This document shows positions 38,895 through 50,586 of a stretch of DNA of 64,000 bases, piece after piece. Source of the stretch: an uncultured delta proteobacterium. GTDB lineage: Bacteria > Desulfobacterota > Binatia > UBA9968. The notes beneath the pieces are model-generated. The model worked only from the letters and a program-made list of their open reading frames with translations, searched no databases and was not told where the DNA came from. Position numbers and translations under genes: made by a program. The stretch is from positions 128,001-192,000 of the forward strand of contig CAWDPO010000003.1 in assembly GCA_963804165.1 (NCBI GenBank), written 5' to 3'. Position 1 is the first letter of the stretch, and each line of letters begins with the position of its first letter.

Positions 38895-40325
38895 ATGCCC
38901 CAAGACATGCGCACGTGGATCACTCAACTGGAAAAAGCCGGTTTGTTGGCGCGCATCAGTAAGCCGGTCGATCCGCGCACGCAAATGGGCGCGCTGCTGT
39001 GGCAGGCGCGCGACCGCGGATTGCTGTTCGAAAATCTTCCCGGCTATCCCGGTTGGCGCTGCTTGGGCCAAGCACCGGGTGACGTGTCGCTGGCGCCGGT
39101 GGCCTTTGGCACGCCTCGTGACGAGATGATTCCGGAGTTCGTGCGTCGAACCGAGAAGCTCGGGACGACCCGTTTGGTCGAAACCGGGCCGGTGCAACAA
39201 AAAGTCGTCGTTGGCGATGACGTCGATATCACCCAGATGCCGATCCATCAGGCGGGCATTCGTGACGGCGGACCGTTTATCGGCTCCGGATTGATGATCA
39301 CAAAAAACCCGGAAACCGGGCGTCGCAACTTGAGCTTTCATCGTCTGCAAATGAAGGGTCCGAAGAAGACTGGCATTCTATTGTATCCGCGCCACGCCTG
39401 GAGCAATTACCAAATGTACGAAGCCCAGGACAAGCCGATGCCGGTGGCGATCATGATCGGCCATCATCCGATGTATTACTTCGCGGCCGCGACGACGACG
39501 CAGTATGGTGTCGACGAGTTGGAGATTGCTTCCGCTCTCCTCCAGGAGGAAGTGGAGCTGGTGAAGTGCCGAACCGTCGATTTGGCAGTGCCGGCGTTCG
39601 CGGAGATCATACTCGAAGGGGAGATCCCGCCAAAAGTGAGAGAGCCAGAAGGCCCGTTCAGCGAGTTTCAAGATTACTATCTCACTGGTTCCGGCATGAA
39701 TCCCATCGTCAATATCAAGGCCATCACGATGCGCGGCGACGCGATTTTTAAAAACGTCCAGAATGGCACCGAAGTCGAGGGCTGCGTGTACCACAAAGTG
39801 CCGATGTCGGCACAGATTCTGCGCCGCGCGCGCACCGTCGGCGGCTCGGCCGATGTCAGAAACGTTTTAGTGATGCCGGGGATTTTCGGTGTGGTCGTGC
39901 AGATGAAGCCACGCTATTACGGCGAAGCGAAAAACGTTTTGATGTCGGTGCTGTCGAGCGAGTATCAGCATCCCAAAATCGCCATTGCCGTCGACGTCGA
40001 CGTCGATATCTTTAACTATGCGGAAGTGCTCTGGTCGATCAACACGCGGGTCAACCCGGCAGAGGACATCACGGTTATTCCGGGGTCAAAAATTCATGCG
40101 ATGGATCCGTCCTGTCCGGAGTTCGGTCATCCCGGAGCGCCAGGGTGGCACCGCATCGGCGGTAAGATGATCATCGACGCAACGAAACCGCCCGAGTGCG
40201 ATGCCAAACGGCGCGAGGAATTCGAACGGTTGCGTCCGATGGGCTGGGAAACGGTAAATTTGGAAGATTATCTGCCGGCCGGGTCCGCGCCGCTGCGCTT
40301 TAAGCCGAAGATCCCGGGAAGCTGA
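38895..40325 (+). CDS. UbiD family prFMN-dependent (de)carboxylase
   Basis: RBS GGAGG; DGGPFI, RNLSFHRLQ, EIILEGEI, EPEGPFSEF..YY, VD.DVDI, KMIIDATKP. Confidence 0.9.
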   Translation: MPQDMRTWITQLEKAGLLARISKPVDPRTQMGALLWQARDRGLLFENLPGYPGWRCLGQAPGDVSLAPVAFGTPRDEMIPEFVRRTEKLGTTRLVETGPVQQKVVVGDDVDITQMPIHQAGIRDGGPFIGSGLMITKNPETGRRNLSFHRLQMKGPKKTGILLYPRHAWSNYQMYEAQDKPMPVAIMIGHHPMYYFAAATTTQYGVDELEIASALLQEEVELVKCRTVDLAVPAFAEIILEGEIPPKVREPEGPFSEFQDYYLTGSGMNPIVNIKAITMRGDAIFKNVQNGTEVEGCVYHKVPMSAQILRRARTVGGSADVRNVLVMPGIFGVVVQMKPRYYGEAKNVLMSVLSSEYQHPKIAIAVDVDVDIFNYAEVLWSINTRVNPAEDITVIPGSKIHAMDPSCPEFGHPGAPGWHRIGGKMIIDATKPPECDAKRREEFERLRPMGWETVNLEDYLPAGSAPLRFKPKIPGS

Positions 40326-40332
40326 AAGATTC

Positions 40333-40410
40333 GTTCAAGGTTCAATGGTTAAAGGCGAGGGATAGGCCTGAAAAAAATATCTTGAACTTTTGAACCTTGA
40401 ACGTTTGAAC
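40333..40410. repeat. Inverted (GTTCAAG)/(CTTGAAC) repeats between convergent genes
   Basis: GTTCAAG GTTCAATG GTTAAAG ... CTTGAAC TTTTGAAC CTTGAAC GTTTGAAC. Confidence 0.85.
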
Positions 40411-40430
40411 GGTCGCGCATCAAGCGCGGG

Positions 40431-40676
40431 TTATTCTTCGGATTCGCCGAAGTAATCTCTTACGATCCTTTCCTTTATGTACTCCAAGGCGCCTAGATCT
40501 TGAATGATATCGCCGCCGGTATCGTAGAAGAAAATGTCGCCCTGGTGATTTCTACCGATGGCGACCAGCCACTCCAATTCATCGCGGTCTTCCAACATGA
40601 AATTAATCGCTTGATTAGCGCCCTTGCTGGCAATGATGGTGACTTTCGGTTTGGCGTTTTTTCTTGCTTCGGTCAT
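40431..40676 (-). CDS. Small hypothetical protein (81 aa)
   Basis: RBS AGGAGG upstream; plausible globular composition. Confidence 0.7.
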   Translation of the reverse strand: MTEARKNAKPKVTIIASKGANQAINFMLEDRDELEWLVAIGRNHQGDIFFYDTGGDIIQDLGALEYIKERIVRDYFGESEE

Positions 40677-40850
40677 GGACGATCCTCCTGAGTGCAGAGT
40701 GAGTCTATATCAGAAGCCCAAACGCTACAACTTGAGGAAAAGCACCTCAGAAATTCCTTGGCTCGTTGCTGTATACGACTGAAGAAAGTTCTATGGTTGC
40801 GCATTGTTTTGGAGAGCCGACGCTGCGTTGCTCGATCGGCCAGAAGATAC

Positions 40851-41037
40851 AATCTAACCACGAAGGTCACGAAGTACGAAGCTTCAAGAGTCTCGATATC
40901 CGATGCCTTGTCGTTCTTTTGTTACTGTCCGTCAAGGTTTTCCCGGCTTGGGCAAATTCGGAATCGGTTTTCCTGACGCTCTTTGCGCGAGATACTCAGA
41001 TTCGGTTGTGCCTCGCTGGACATTTCGTGGTTAGATT
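40851..41037. mobile_element. MITE-like non-coding element with 14-bp perfect terminal inverted repeats
   Basis: AATCTAACCACGAA (40851-40864) and TTCGTGGTTAGATT (41024-41037); internal ACGAAG repeats; no clear target duplication. Confidence 0.5.
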
Positions 41038-41092
41038 CCTTTTTCCGCATCGAGTTTTGGTTTTGCCGCGCGGCGTTCGGCGTCACTGAGAC

Positions 41093-44000
41093 CTATTTCA
41101 TCGTAAAATCGACGCGGTTGGGTTTGCCTTTGAGCTTGGTCCGTTCTTCCCCCGAAAGGGGTTTAGCGGCGACAACGAATAGGCGCTCAGCGGCGACTTG
41201 GCCGTTGGTGAGCAGCGCGTCGCGTACGACTTGCGCGCGCTGGCTGCCGAGTTGACGCAGATCGTCGTCGCTCACCTTGGCATGCTGCATCATCAATTTC
41301 TCCATCTCCGGAACCGGCAAGTCTTGCGCTAAACCGACTAGGTTGCGCGGTTTGGGAAAACTTTCATCACCGTAGGCGTCTTTGAGATAGCGCGCATACT
41401 CGCCCTTATCGACTTGGACATCGTCGACCGATCGCGGTGCCTGGCCTTTGCGGGCGAGATCTTTCAGCTTCTGAGCCTTGGCCTTGCGTTCGATGCCAAC
41501 TCGTTTGAGCCCATCGGCATCGCTGACCGGATCGACGCGTCCGGTGAGCTCCAAATTTAGCGCGGGACGATTGTTCAATGCTTTTGCCAGGGTCGCGATC
41601 TTTTCCCGCTGCGGCGGATCGAGGGTCGCGCGGCCATCGGCAAATTCAATATAGCTCAGCTCGTCGCCGCTGCCACCGCCGCCGAACGCCGAGGCGATGA
41701 GTGAAAACGGCGCGGTGACTGCTTTCGTGATAATGTTGATGATGATCCGTAATACGATCCCGCCGACGCTAAACTGCGGATCGTCAAGGGAACCGCTGAT
41801 CGGCAAATCGACGTCAATGACGCCATTGCGGTCTTTCAACAAGGCGACGGCGAGCAACACGGGCAGCTTTGTCGCCGTCGGGCTTTCAATTTTCTCGCCG
41901 AAGGTCAGCTGGTTAAGAATGATCTTGTTTTCCGCACTGAGCTTGCGGTTTTCCAGTTTGTACTTGACGTTAAATGAGAGCTTTCCCTTCTCGATGCCAT
42001 AGCCGACGTATTTGGCGGAATAGGGCGTCATCGGACTCAGCTCGATTTCCCGCGCGTCGGCGATGATATCGAGAAAAAGATCTTTGGAAAGCGGATTGAT
42101 CTTGCCTTTGATGTCCACCGGCGCTGATTCGTCGAGCTTGGCTTTGAGGTCGATGTCTCCCGCAGTCTCCGGTTTCAGTTCAGAAATTACCCCTTGGACG
42201 CTGGTGAGGTTGGCTGAATAATTCGGCTTGACAAAGAAATCGCTGAAGTTGATGTTGCCGCTCTGAAGATTGATTTTGCCGATGCTGATCGCCTTGGGGC
42301 TCGTCGCACTATCGGGAGGCGGAGGAGCGGGTTTTTCGGCGGGCTGCGCTTGCGCCGCGGGCTCTTCCTTTTTCTCCTCGGGCTGGACCGTCAATTTTTG
42401 TAAGTTCATTTTGCCATCGGCGCCGAGGATCAGCCGGGAATAGAAATCCGCCAGCGTGATCTCGCCGATGCGTAGTTGAAACGGCTCCAAGTCGAACTGA
42501 ATGGCGTCGAGCGCCAGCGACTTCCACTTGAGCAGGTCCTGAGCGCCATCCTTTTCGACGCTGCCAAAGTCGGCGACGCGGACGCTGCCTTGATAATTGA
42601 ACTTCTTCCCGCCATCCGCAACGGTCTCAAGAGCCAGCTCACCCTTGGTGCCGATTTGACCGCCGGTGAGGAGGAAATTTACTTTGTCGGTCATGTAATT
42701 CTGAAAAGGCACCAACTCGATGTCCTGGCCATCGACGGCAAACTTGGCATTAACGGGATTGACGGTCGCTGCGCCGGCAAGACGCAAGACGCCTTTGTTA
42801 TTGATCCGGGTTCTGATCGTCGCTTTGCCGCGCTGGTTTTTCGCCGTAGAAAAATTCTCCGCGCGCAGCGAAATATCGGAGAGAGCTGTTTTTGCGCCCG
42901 TGGGCGTCCCGCGATCGTCGACGTCGATCTTGAAGCGGTCGAGGGCGATTTGTTTGGCGTCGATGCGCCAGTCGCCGTCGGTCCTTTTCGCCGGTTGTGC
43001 GGGCGCAGCACCCGCAGGCTGAGACTTTGCAATGCGGACGAGATTGACGGCGCCGTCTTTATCGCGTTGGATATAGCCGTTGCCGTCTTTCCCTTCGAGC
43101 GCGCCGATGACAATCGTTTTTTTAGCGACATCGACGGCAACGTCCTTCAGCGCGAGCGACGCGATGCGCCAAAGCGGCTCGGGTTGCCCGGCGAGCTCAA
43201 GCCGCAAAGCGCGCAGGTTTGTGCTCAAACTCGTCAAATTGATTTCAGATTGCTCGCCTTTTTCCTCGAACCGGTATTGCGTCGATAGATCGAGAAGACC
43301 TTCTTTGATCTCCGCCGCCAGCGCGTTGTCATAGTAGGGACGAAGCGCGCCGATTTTCAGAGCTTCGAGGTCGAGCTTGCCCTCGGCGAGCAGCGGCGTC
43401 ATTTGCAGCGTGCCGCTGTGGCTGAACTTTTCTTTGCCCTCGGATTCAAACGATAACTCAACGTTGGCTGTTTTTCCTGGCTCGTTCGTGAGACCGGTAA
43501 TTTTGACATTGACGTCGTTCAGGCGGTTCTTGTAGGGCAGCTGCGGTTGCTCGTCATCGATGTGAATCCTGGCCGATTCGAGCGCGATCTCGCCGATCGA
43601 ATAACCGAACGGTTTGCTCTCCTTCTTCGGTTCCGGCGCGGCGGGCTTTGTCGGCGCTTCGACGAGGTTTGCCAAATTCAATTTGCCGTCGCGACCGCGA
43701 TTCAAATGAAGCTCGAGACCTTGGGATTTAATGGATTTTACCGCGATCTTGTTGGCGAATACTTCGAGGGCGTCGATTAGAACTTCAAAGCTGGGCAGTT
43801 TGACCAATGGCGCGCCGCCGGTTTGCTGCATATCAAGATCCGTCAAGCCGAGATTGCCGCCGATCGAAAGCACCGACGGATTATTTTTGGATGCTTTGAA
43901 ATTGGCTGTTATCTTGCCGTGCAGTGGCCGGACGGCACTGTGAAATTCAATGTTACGGGCGAGTATTCGAGATACTTGGCGATTTCCAGTTTATCGATAT

Positions 44001-44701
44001 TGATCGCGAGCGTGCTCTCGCGAGACTCCTTGAACGGTTTGCTATCGCCGCCGAGATGCAAAGGCGCGCCGTTGATCACCGCTGAGAACTCAGGTTTGAC
44101 TGTGATATCGACGTACGACGGCAAGCTCGAAATAAACGGCACGCCGATCCTTACGCGATCGATCAGGTGTTTGGTTTTTTCCGGCCGGTCGTCGAAATCG
44201 ATCTTCCCATCGACGACTTGAATATTGTTTAGTGCGAAACGCGGCGTCGGCCCGGGCGGACCGGAGGTAAATTCATCGACAATATCTTGAAAGTTGTACT
44301 TGAGATCTTCGTTGCGGACCAAGTTGACGTAGGGCTTAACGAGCCGCAGCTCTTTGACTACTGGGGCCAGACGGAACAGCGATTGCAGCTCGAGGTTGAC
44401 GAAAAGCTCGTCGAATGACACGGCGGGCGGTTTGGCTCTCGCGCTCTTTCATCAAAAAGCCGCGAATCGCCAACGTCATCGTGTAAGGGTTGATTCTCAG
44501 TTGTTCGATGGAAACTTGGCGGTGCAGCTTGGCGGACAGCCCGCTGGCGATCTTGCTACGGATCAGCGACGGCGCAACCAATCCTAACAAGACTCCGATC
44601 GCGACAAAGATCGCAACCGCCCAAATCGCAATCTTTCGCGTGCGCGGATGGCGCGCAATGCCTTTCGCTCGATCACGGATCTCGGCGATCTTTGGGGCCA
44701 T
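41093..44701 (-). CDS. DUF748 / AsmA-like large envelope protein, interrupted by two frameshifts (~44425 and ~43925)
   Basis: ORFs 44336-44701, 43909-44421 and 41093-43873 join into one DUF748-type protein (INPYTMTL; LAVALLKDRNGVIDVDLPISGSLDDPQFS; C-terminal NRVDF). Confidence 0.8.
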
Positions 44702-44816
44702 GGGGAAACTGCGAAATTGGATTCATGCGAATCTTAGCGCAGGGATGCGTGTATGTCTATGTTACATCGCTTGCCGGATTGAAATCTTCCGAAAGCGCGT
44801 TTGGAGCGAGCGGTTG

Positions 44817-45272
44817 TTATTGATCGTCGGCGGTTTGAATGGCTTCAAGCGCCGACTGGTGAATGGCGGGAAGATTCCAATGTTTAGCGCCTTCGAGGAT
44901 GAGCCTTTTATATTCGGCACTGGCGGGTGGAACGTTCGTTTCGATTTCGGCGACGTAGACTAAAACCTCCAGCGGATGGGTTCCGTCGCCGAGTGCATAA
45001 ACCGGGATCATTTCGCGACGATAACCATCCTCAAAACCATCAAGTGTTACAAGATCGCTATCACTAACTTCGTAGACGATACCCCAAACCTCTTTCCCGG
45101 CTGCCGGAAAAACATTGGCGGTGCCGCAATCGCGCAGACGTGAATGGCGCGTGATGCCGAACTGGTAATTGCGCAGTCGCGCGACGCAAACGAATCTAGA
45201 CGACACACAGCGGCGCTGCATTTGTTGCCAGTTCATGTTGGAGCCGTACGCGAAATAAAGCACTTCGATCAT
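44817..45272 (-). CDS. Gamma-glutamylcyclotransferase family protein
   Basis: LYFAYGSNM, VWGIVYEV, LDGFE. Confidence 0.88.
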   Translation of the reverse strand: MIEVLYFAYGSNMNWQQMQRRCVSSRFVCVARLRNYQFGITRHSRLRDCGTANVFPAAGKEVWGIVYEVSDSDLVTLDGFEDGYRREMIPVYALGDGTHPLEVLVYVAEIETNVPPASAEYKRLILEGAKHWNLPAIHQSALEAIQTADDQ

Positions 45273-45436
45273 TTCTCCGGTTTTTCAGGCATAGTCAAGC
45301 ATTGCAACTATCAGTCACAAGCAACTTCTTGTTGAAGCACCTCCGCAGCCTTCAACCAGGTGAACCCTCTTTCGGTTTGCGTGCGTCTAAAATAACAGTT
45401 AAGACCTTAACGATTATTCTTGAGAGCTGAATCAAA

Positions 45437-46025
45437 ATGAAACATTTCAATAAGTTAGCTGCGGTATTGCTATTTTCTACTTTCCTTTTAGCGCCACCCG
45501 ACTCGTCTGCTGGAGAGGCCACCATGCAGCTCAGCACAACGATCAATGAATTCGTCAAAATCCTGGTCAATACTCCGGTGGCCCAACTGCGCGCGTCCGG
45601 ATTGCCCGAACGGGCGATGGCGCTGATCTATAGTCGATTCGATTTTTCCGAGATGACAAGGCGATCTTGGGTCGCCATTGGCAGGCTCTCGACCAAAGCG
45701 AGCAACGGGAGTTTGTCGAGGCGTACACTCAGCGACTGCTGCGCGCTTATGGCCGCTCGGTACGGGCGTCGGGCGATGAAAAAATTCAATACGAATGTGA
45801 AGTTCTTGACGGTAAGAATGCGAGCGTGGAAACCAAGTCGTCAGCAGCGGCGATGAACTTCCCATCGATTACCAGCTTCACGACATCGATGGCCAATGGA
45901 AAGTCTACGACATGGTCATCGACAAGGTCAGCATTGTTAACAACTATCGAGCCCAGTTCGAAAGGGTGATCGCCAAGTCATCGGTGAAAGAATTGCTGCA
46001 AAAGATGAAGCAGCAGGATTCTTAA
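45437..46025 (+). CDS. mlaC: MlaC/Ttg2D-like phospholipid-binding protein, two frameshifts (~45666 and ~45836)
   Basis: FDFSEMTRRSLGRHW...EFV; third frame reads PIDYQLH...WKVYDMVIDKVSIVNNYRAQFERVI, ending at TAA 46025. Confidence 0.75.
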
Positions 46026-46061
46026 GTTCAGCATTGCCATAAATTGCATTTGGCCGCGCGG

Positions 46062-46999
46062 TTATCGAACGAAACTGAAATCGAAGGCGCTCGCAGGATC
46101 GGGCGCGGTCTCCAGGTTGAACTCAGCACGAATCTCTTCCATCGCGACTTGTAATCCTTCAGCGCTGGGCCTACCTGTTGCGGACCAGCTCGATGTGGCC
46201 ATTGCGTAACTGCCCTCAGCCAATCCCTGATCCATATCCGTCCATTTCATTATCGAGCGGACGCTCTCCTGCCGGTTCGTTTTGGCATATTGAATTCCCC
46301 GCAGCGTTGCCCGCACCAGCCTTTGGATCTCTTCCGGCTGCTTCTGGATCTTTTCCAATCGCGTCCCGAACCCGGCTAATGGCGACGGAATCAAATCGCC
46401 GACGAAGAGAATCTTGCGAAAGCCTTTTCGCTCCAGCATGACGTTGTAGGGCGCTTCGATGAGCGCGGCGTCGATGGCGCCGCTTTCCATCGCCGCGATG
46501 CGATTCATGCCGCCGCCGAGAGCGAGGATTTTACTTCCTGATTCGGCGCGAGCTGGTAGCGGCGCAGCAGCGCCCGCGCGTAGGTATCGGTGCTCGCGCC
46601 GAACGAGGATATGCCCAGCAATTTCCCTCTGAGCTCGCTTACGGAATTGATTCCCGGCCGCGCGATCAACGCGAACAGCGGTTTGTCAGCGATGGTCATG
46701 ACAACCCGCAACGGCGCGTTGCGCAGGGCCGCGCGAATCGTCGAGCCGAGCGCCGTCGTGTAGGCCACGTCGCCGGCAATCAGCGCCTGCATCGCGACCT
46801 GCGGCTTCATGATGACGTAATCGACGTCGAGGCCTTCGCTCCGGTAAAATCCCCTTTCGCGAGCGAGGTGAATGGGAAACCACGAGAGTGACTTGGAGGG
46901 TGCGGAAATATGAATTTTGCCGGACTGCCCGATGGCCATTCGCTGACCGATGAGCGAGATCAAACCCAAAAACACGATTTGGGTAATTAATTTAGTCAT
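46062..46999 (-). CDS. NMT1-type ABC substrate-binding protein, one frameshift (~46530)
   Basis: ERGFYRSEGLDV... continues as ILALGGGMNRIAAMESGAIDAA if one A is added to the run GTAAAATC. Confidence 0.8.
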
Positions 47000-47157
47000 A
47001 TCGCGGTCATAGCCAGTTCGGCATTTGCTTACAAGCTGCGTTACTGGTCATCCAGTCGATTGCGAGTCAGATGAGGGGGACCGGCGACTTTGAGCAGCAG
47101 AATTATTTGCCGGATTGGCGGTAGCTTTGTCGCACGGTTTCGAGGCGTTCTGCTCGG

Positions 47158-48464
47158 TCACGCGGACGGTCGTCGCGGCGGAGTCGCCAGCAGGATCAAC
47201 ACCGCCGAAGTAAAAAGCGCGCAAGAAAAAAGCGTAAACGATAAGTTGTAGCTGCCCGTGCGGTCGTGCAGAAAACCGAAAAAGGGCGCGCCGCTGGCGG
47301 CGAACAAGTGCGAGAAGAAGAGCGAAAGACCGCGCACGGTGCCAAGCGATGTTCTGCCAAAGAAGTTGGCCCAGATGACTTCGCGCAACACGAAACTTCC
47401 GGCCAGGCCGTGCCATAGAGAAAGAAACCCAAGTAAGCGATATGGATTTGACCGGTTGAAATCGCCGTTACCAGTCCTATTCCCTGGATCAGAAACTGCA
47501 CGCAGGAAACTTTTCTTATTTCGAATCTATCGGCGAGCATTCCCCATACGAGGGTGGAGCCGAGCTGGGTGAACGCAATCGTGCTCATGAACGACGCGGC
47601 GACGAGCGGCGAGTAGCCGATGTCGGTGACGTAAGAAAAGATGTGCAGATTGAGGCCTGCGATGCCGATGCCGGCGATGCCGAACGTGACGACGAGGAGC
47701 CAGAAGGTCGGAAGGCGCAGCGCCTCCGCTCGGCTCCATACGGTTTCCGCCGGCGGGCCTTCGCGTTGCGCGGTGGACAGTGCCTCGCCGGTCGCGGGTA
47801 GCGTATCAGGTCGTTGAAGTGGCGGATCGCCGTCCGGTCTAAGTCCCATCTCTTCCGGATTCCGGCGTATGAAGATGAGCGCTGGTGCGACGACGAGGAG
47901 CGGCGCGACGATGCCGAAAATCGCCCAGGTGCTACGCCAGCCGACCAGCACGAACAATGATGCGGCGCACAAGGGAATACTCAGCTTGGCAATGCCCGTG
48001 CCTAGGTTGGCGATGCCCATGGCGCGGCCGCGTTTGCGCACGAACCATTGCGCGATGGTGACGTTGATGACTAGGGAGCCGAGCAATGCTTCGCCGGCGA
48101 TCACCAAAGAACAGCGGACCAGGGCAAACTGCCAGAAACTTTGCACCAGGCTTGAGAGCACCAAGCCGGCGCCTTCCATGAGCACGCCGAGGACCAGCAC
48201 GCCGCGCCCGCCGTGGCGATCAATCCATGGGCCGAGGATCGGCACGATCATTGCCGCGACGCCGATCTCGAAGCTGCGAATCAGCGAGAAAGCCCCGCGC
48301 GACACGCCGAGTTCTTCTGTGATCGGTTTGAGGAAAATACTCAGCGTGCTGGAGAAGGCAAAAGTGCCGGCGATATTGACGAGGATGCCGACGGCGACGA
48401 TATACCAGCCGTAGAAAAAACGCGATTCTTTGGTACCAACGCGTAGATGGTTTGATTTGGTCAT
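47158..48464 (-). CDS. MFS transporter, one frameshift (~47409)
   Basis: FFYGWYIV, GPWIDRHGGR, WFVRKRGRAMG; C-terminus GLAGSFVLREVIWANFFGR...HDRTGSY lies in another frame. Confidence 0.8.
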
Positions 48465-48525
48465 GGATCAAATCGCCGACGCGATGCCAGGGTATGCTGA
48501 TTCTGCGTCCGCTAGCGGAATTGAC

Positions 48526-49365
48526 TCAGGAGGGGATGGTGCCGATTTCCCACCAGTTGCCGTTCAAGTCGGCAAGCAGAAATGATGCGCCCTCGTCTGC
48601 ATCGATTACTTCTTCGAGGGCGCGCAGTTGCCCGTTATGCCGGTTCGCCGCAAACGCGCGGTGGGCATCGTGCACCGCGGCCGCGGAATCCAGCGCGACG
48701 GTGAAGCGTTGAAAGCGCGATAGCCGGGGGCGATTGGGATTTTGCGCCTGGATGCAGACGACGTACCAGGGCGTATTCGGATGTTTTACATAGCAGGAGC
48801 TGGGCCAGAGCTTGACCACCTCTAACCCGAGGGCCTCACGGTAAAACTGTTCGGATGTTGCCAAATCATCGTTTTCCAGCGTACCGTGAGTTAGCGCTTG
48901 GGGAATGTAGCCACGCCCGGGAAATTCTCCTTCGGTGATCGCTTTCGTCCAGTGTGGATTGGTGGTCTTGCCCATGCCGTGCTCGACCGCGTGTTCGTAG
49001 GACTCGATCTCCCAATAATTGCCGCCTGGCTCATAAAAGTGAACCGAATAGGCGTTGTGATTCTCGCGAGGGTTGATGACCTTGATGCCGTATTCACCCT
49101 TCTTGCTCTCCAGATATTCAGTGGCCCGATCGACTTCAGCGTTGGTGGCGACGCGCACGCCGTAGTGGTTGCGCATGGACTTGATCGGCGCCTCGGCGCC
49201 GTTCGCATGGACAACCAATTGCCAATCGGTGTTCGGATGCTTGACGATTTTATCTCGGTTGCGCTCCTGGACAACCTCAAGCGCGAGAAACTCTTTTAGG
49301 ATGGGCAGAGATTCTTCGAAAGAGCGGCATTCGTAGTGACCGTTAATCAGGTCCGTCGGTTTCAA
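48526..49365 (-). CDS. Tandem VOC/glyoxalase-domain protein
   Basis: RBS GGAGG with TTG start; NHYGVRV, FYEPGGNYWEIE, LTHGTLE, DLNGNWWEI. Confidence 0.8.
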   Translation of the reverse strand: MKPTDLINGHYECRSFEESLPILKEFLALEVVQERNRDKIVKHPNTDWQLVVHANGAEAPIKSMRNHYGVRVATNAEVDRATEYLESKKGEYGIKVINPRENHNAYSVHFYEPGGNYWEIESYEHAVEHGMGKTTNPHWTKAITEGEFPGRGYIPQALTHGTLENDDLATSEQFYREALGLEVVKLWPSSCYVKHPNTPWYVVCIQAQNPNRPRLSRFQRFTVALDSAAAVHDAHRAFAANRHNGQLRALEEVIDADEGASFLLADLNGNWWEIGTIPS

Positions 49366-49385
49366 CTTACGATACCTCCTGCGAG

Positions 49386-50444
49386 TTAGTTGGGCACCTT
49401 ACCGCCCCAAAGCTCCTTTAGAAATCCGGTTTTCTCCAGGCTCTCGGCGAAGCTGTTGTCGACGATCTGGCTGGTATTCTTCACGATCTTGGTTCCGGCG
49501 TCGCGCGCCACGTCAATCGATTCGGTGACGGCGTTGAGCGGCACGACCAGACGCCGGTTCACGTGCTTTTTGGCGTAGGCGTCGTACGATGACTGTAAAA
49601 CATCCTCATCCTGTACTCTCAAAATTTTCGCCACCGCCGCTTTCGCTTTCTCGGGATTGTCTTCGACAAACTTTACAGATTCCGCCAGGGCGGCAACCAT
49701 ACGCTGCACGGTTTGGCGGCGTTCGCGTAATGTTCTGGCATTCGTATGCAGCGAGCTATAGATCGCGGGCAGGCCCAAGTCGTTGAGATGGTAAACGAGG
49801 TTGAAGCCATCTTTCCTGCCGCGAGCGTCCATCGGTGGAGTGAACGGTCCGGAATCAATGACTCCCTGAACGATCGCGTTGTAGCGTTCCGGCTGGCTGC
49901 CGCCCACCGGGCGAATCTGCGTATCCACCAACCCGAACTTTTTCACGAAGACTCGCAACAACCGATACGGTAAACCGCCAACCGATCCAACGCCGATGCT
50001 TTTTCCTCTGAGATCTTGAATGGTCTTGATTTCTTTCCGGGCAATGATCACGTAGGGCAGTCCCACCAAAGGCGACGCGACGAGCATTGCGTCGCTCCCC
50101 GCGGCCATGCCTGGAATCGTTGAGTCGCCGGCGCAGTAGAGAAACTGGATCTCGTCGGTCGCCAGCGCTGTCAGATTGATGTTGGTGCCGGTTCGGATCA
50201 CGACATGTTTGACCAACAGGCCATACTTGGCGAAAAGGTTTTGATCCAGCGCCGTGTACATATGAATGAATCCGCCGCTGGTGGCGCAGGTGGCGACGTA
50301 AACCGTAACCGGCGTTTCTCCCGCCTTCGCGAAATACCCGCCGGTCTGCGAGCGTGCCGGACCGGGCGATGTGAGAAGGATCAGCCAGGTGACAACCGCA
50401 CAAGTCGTGAGTTGCGACGCGTATGGACCAAAAAATCGCTTCAT
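49386..50444 (-). CDS. NMT1-type ABC substrate-binding protein
   Basis: Signal peptide, LFAKYGL, DLRGKSIGVG, VDNSFAESLEKTGFLKELWG. Confidence 0.85.
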   Translation of the reverse strand: MKRFFGPYASQLTTCAVVTWLILLTSPGPARSQTGGYFAKAGETPVTVYVATCATSGGFIHMYTALDQNLFAKYGLLVKHVVIRTGTNINLTALATDEIQFLYCAGDSTIPGMAAGSDAMLVASPLVGLPYVIIARKEIKTIQDLRGKSIGVGSVGGLPYRLLRVFVKKFGLVDTQIRPVGGSQPERYNAIVQGVIDSGPFTPPMDARGRKDGFNLVYHLNDLGLPAIYSSLHTNARTLRERRQTVQRMVAALAESVKFVEDNPEKAKAAVAKILRVQDEDVLQSSYDAYAKKHVNRRLVVPLNAVTESIDVARDAGTKIVKNTSQIVDNSFAESLEKTGFLKELWGGKVPN

Positions 50445-50586
50445 GGGTTTGACTGGGCCCGATAAAACAATACTTGGTTGTGTTCTGTCAACCGATCTGC
50501 CGTGCAGATTGCCAATGCGCGGCTTGAAAAATCGTCGCGGCGGCACTAACAATCGGTGGCTGCACCCATTGCACAGGAGGTTGGCC

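Noticed and set aside
43900-47420. Programmed frameshifting or phase variation
   Set aside because: No slippery heptamers or long simple-sequence tracts at the sites; clustering across unrelated genes favours sequencing error.
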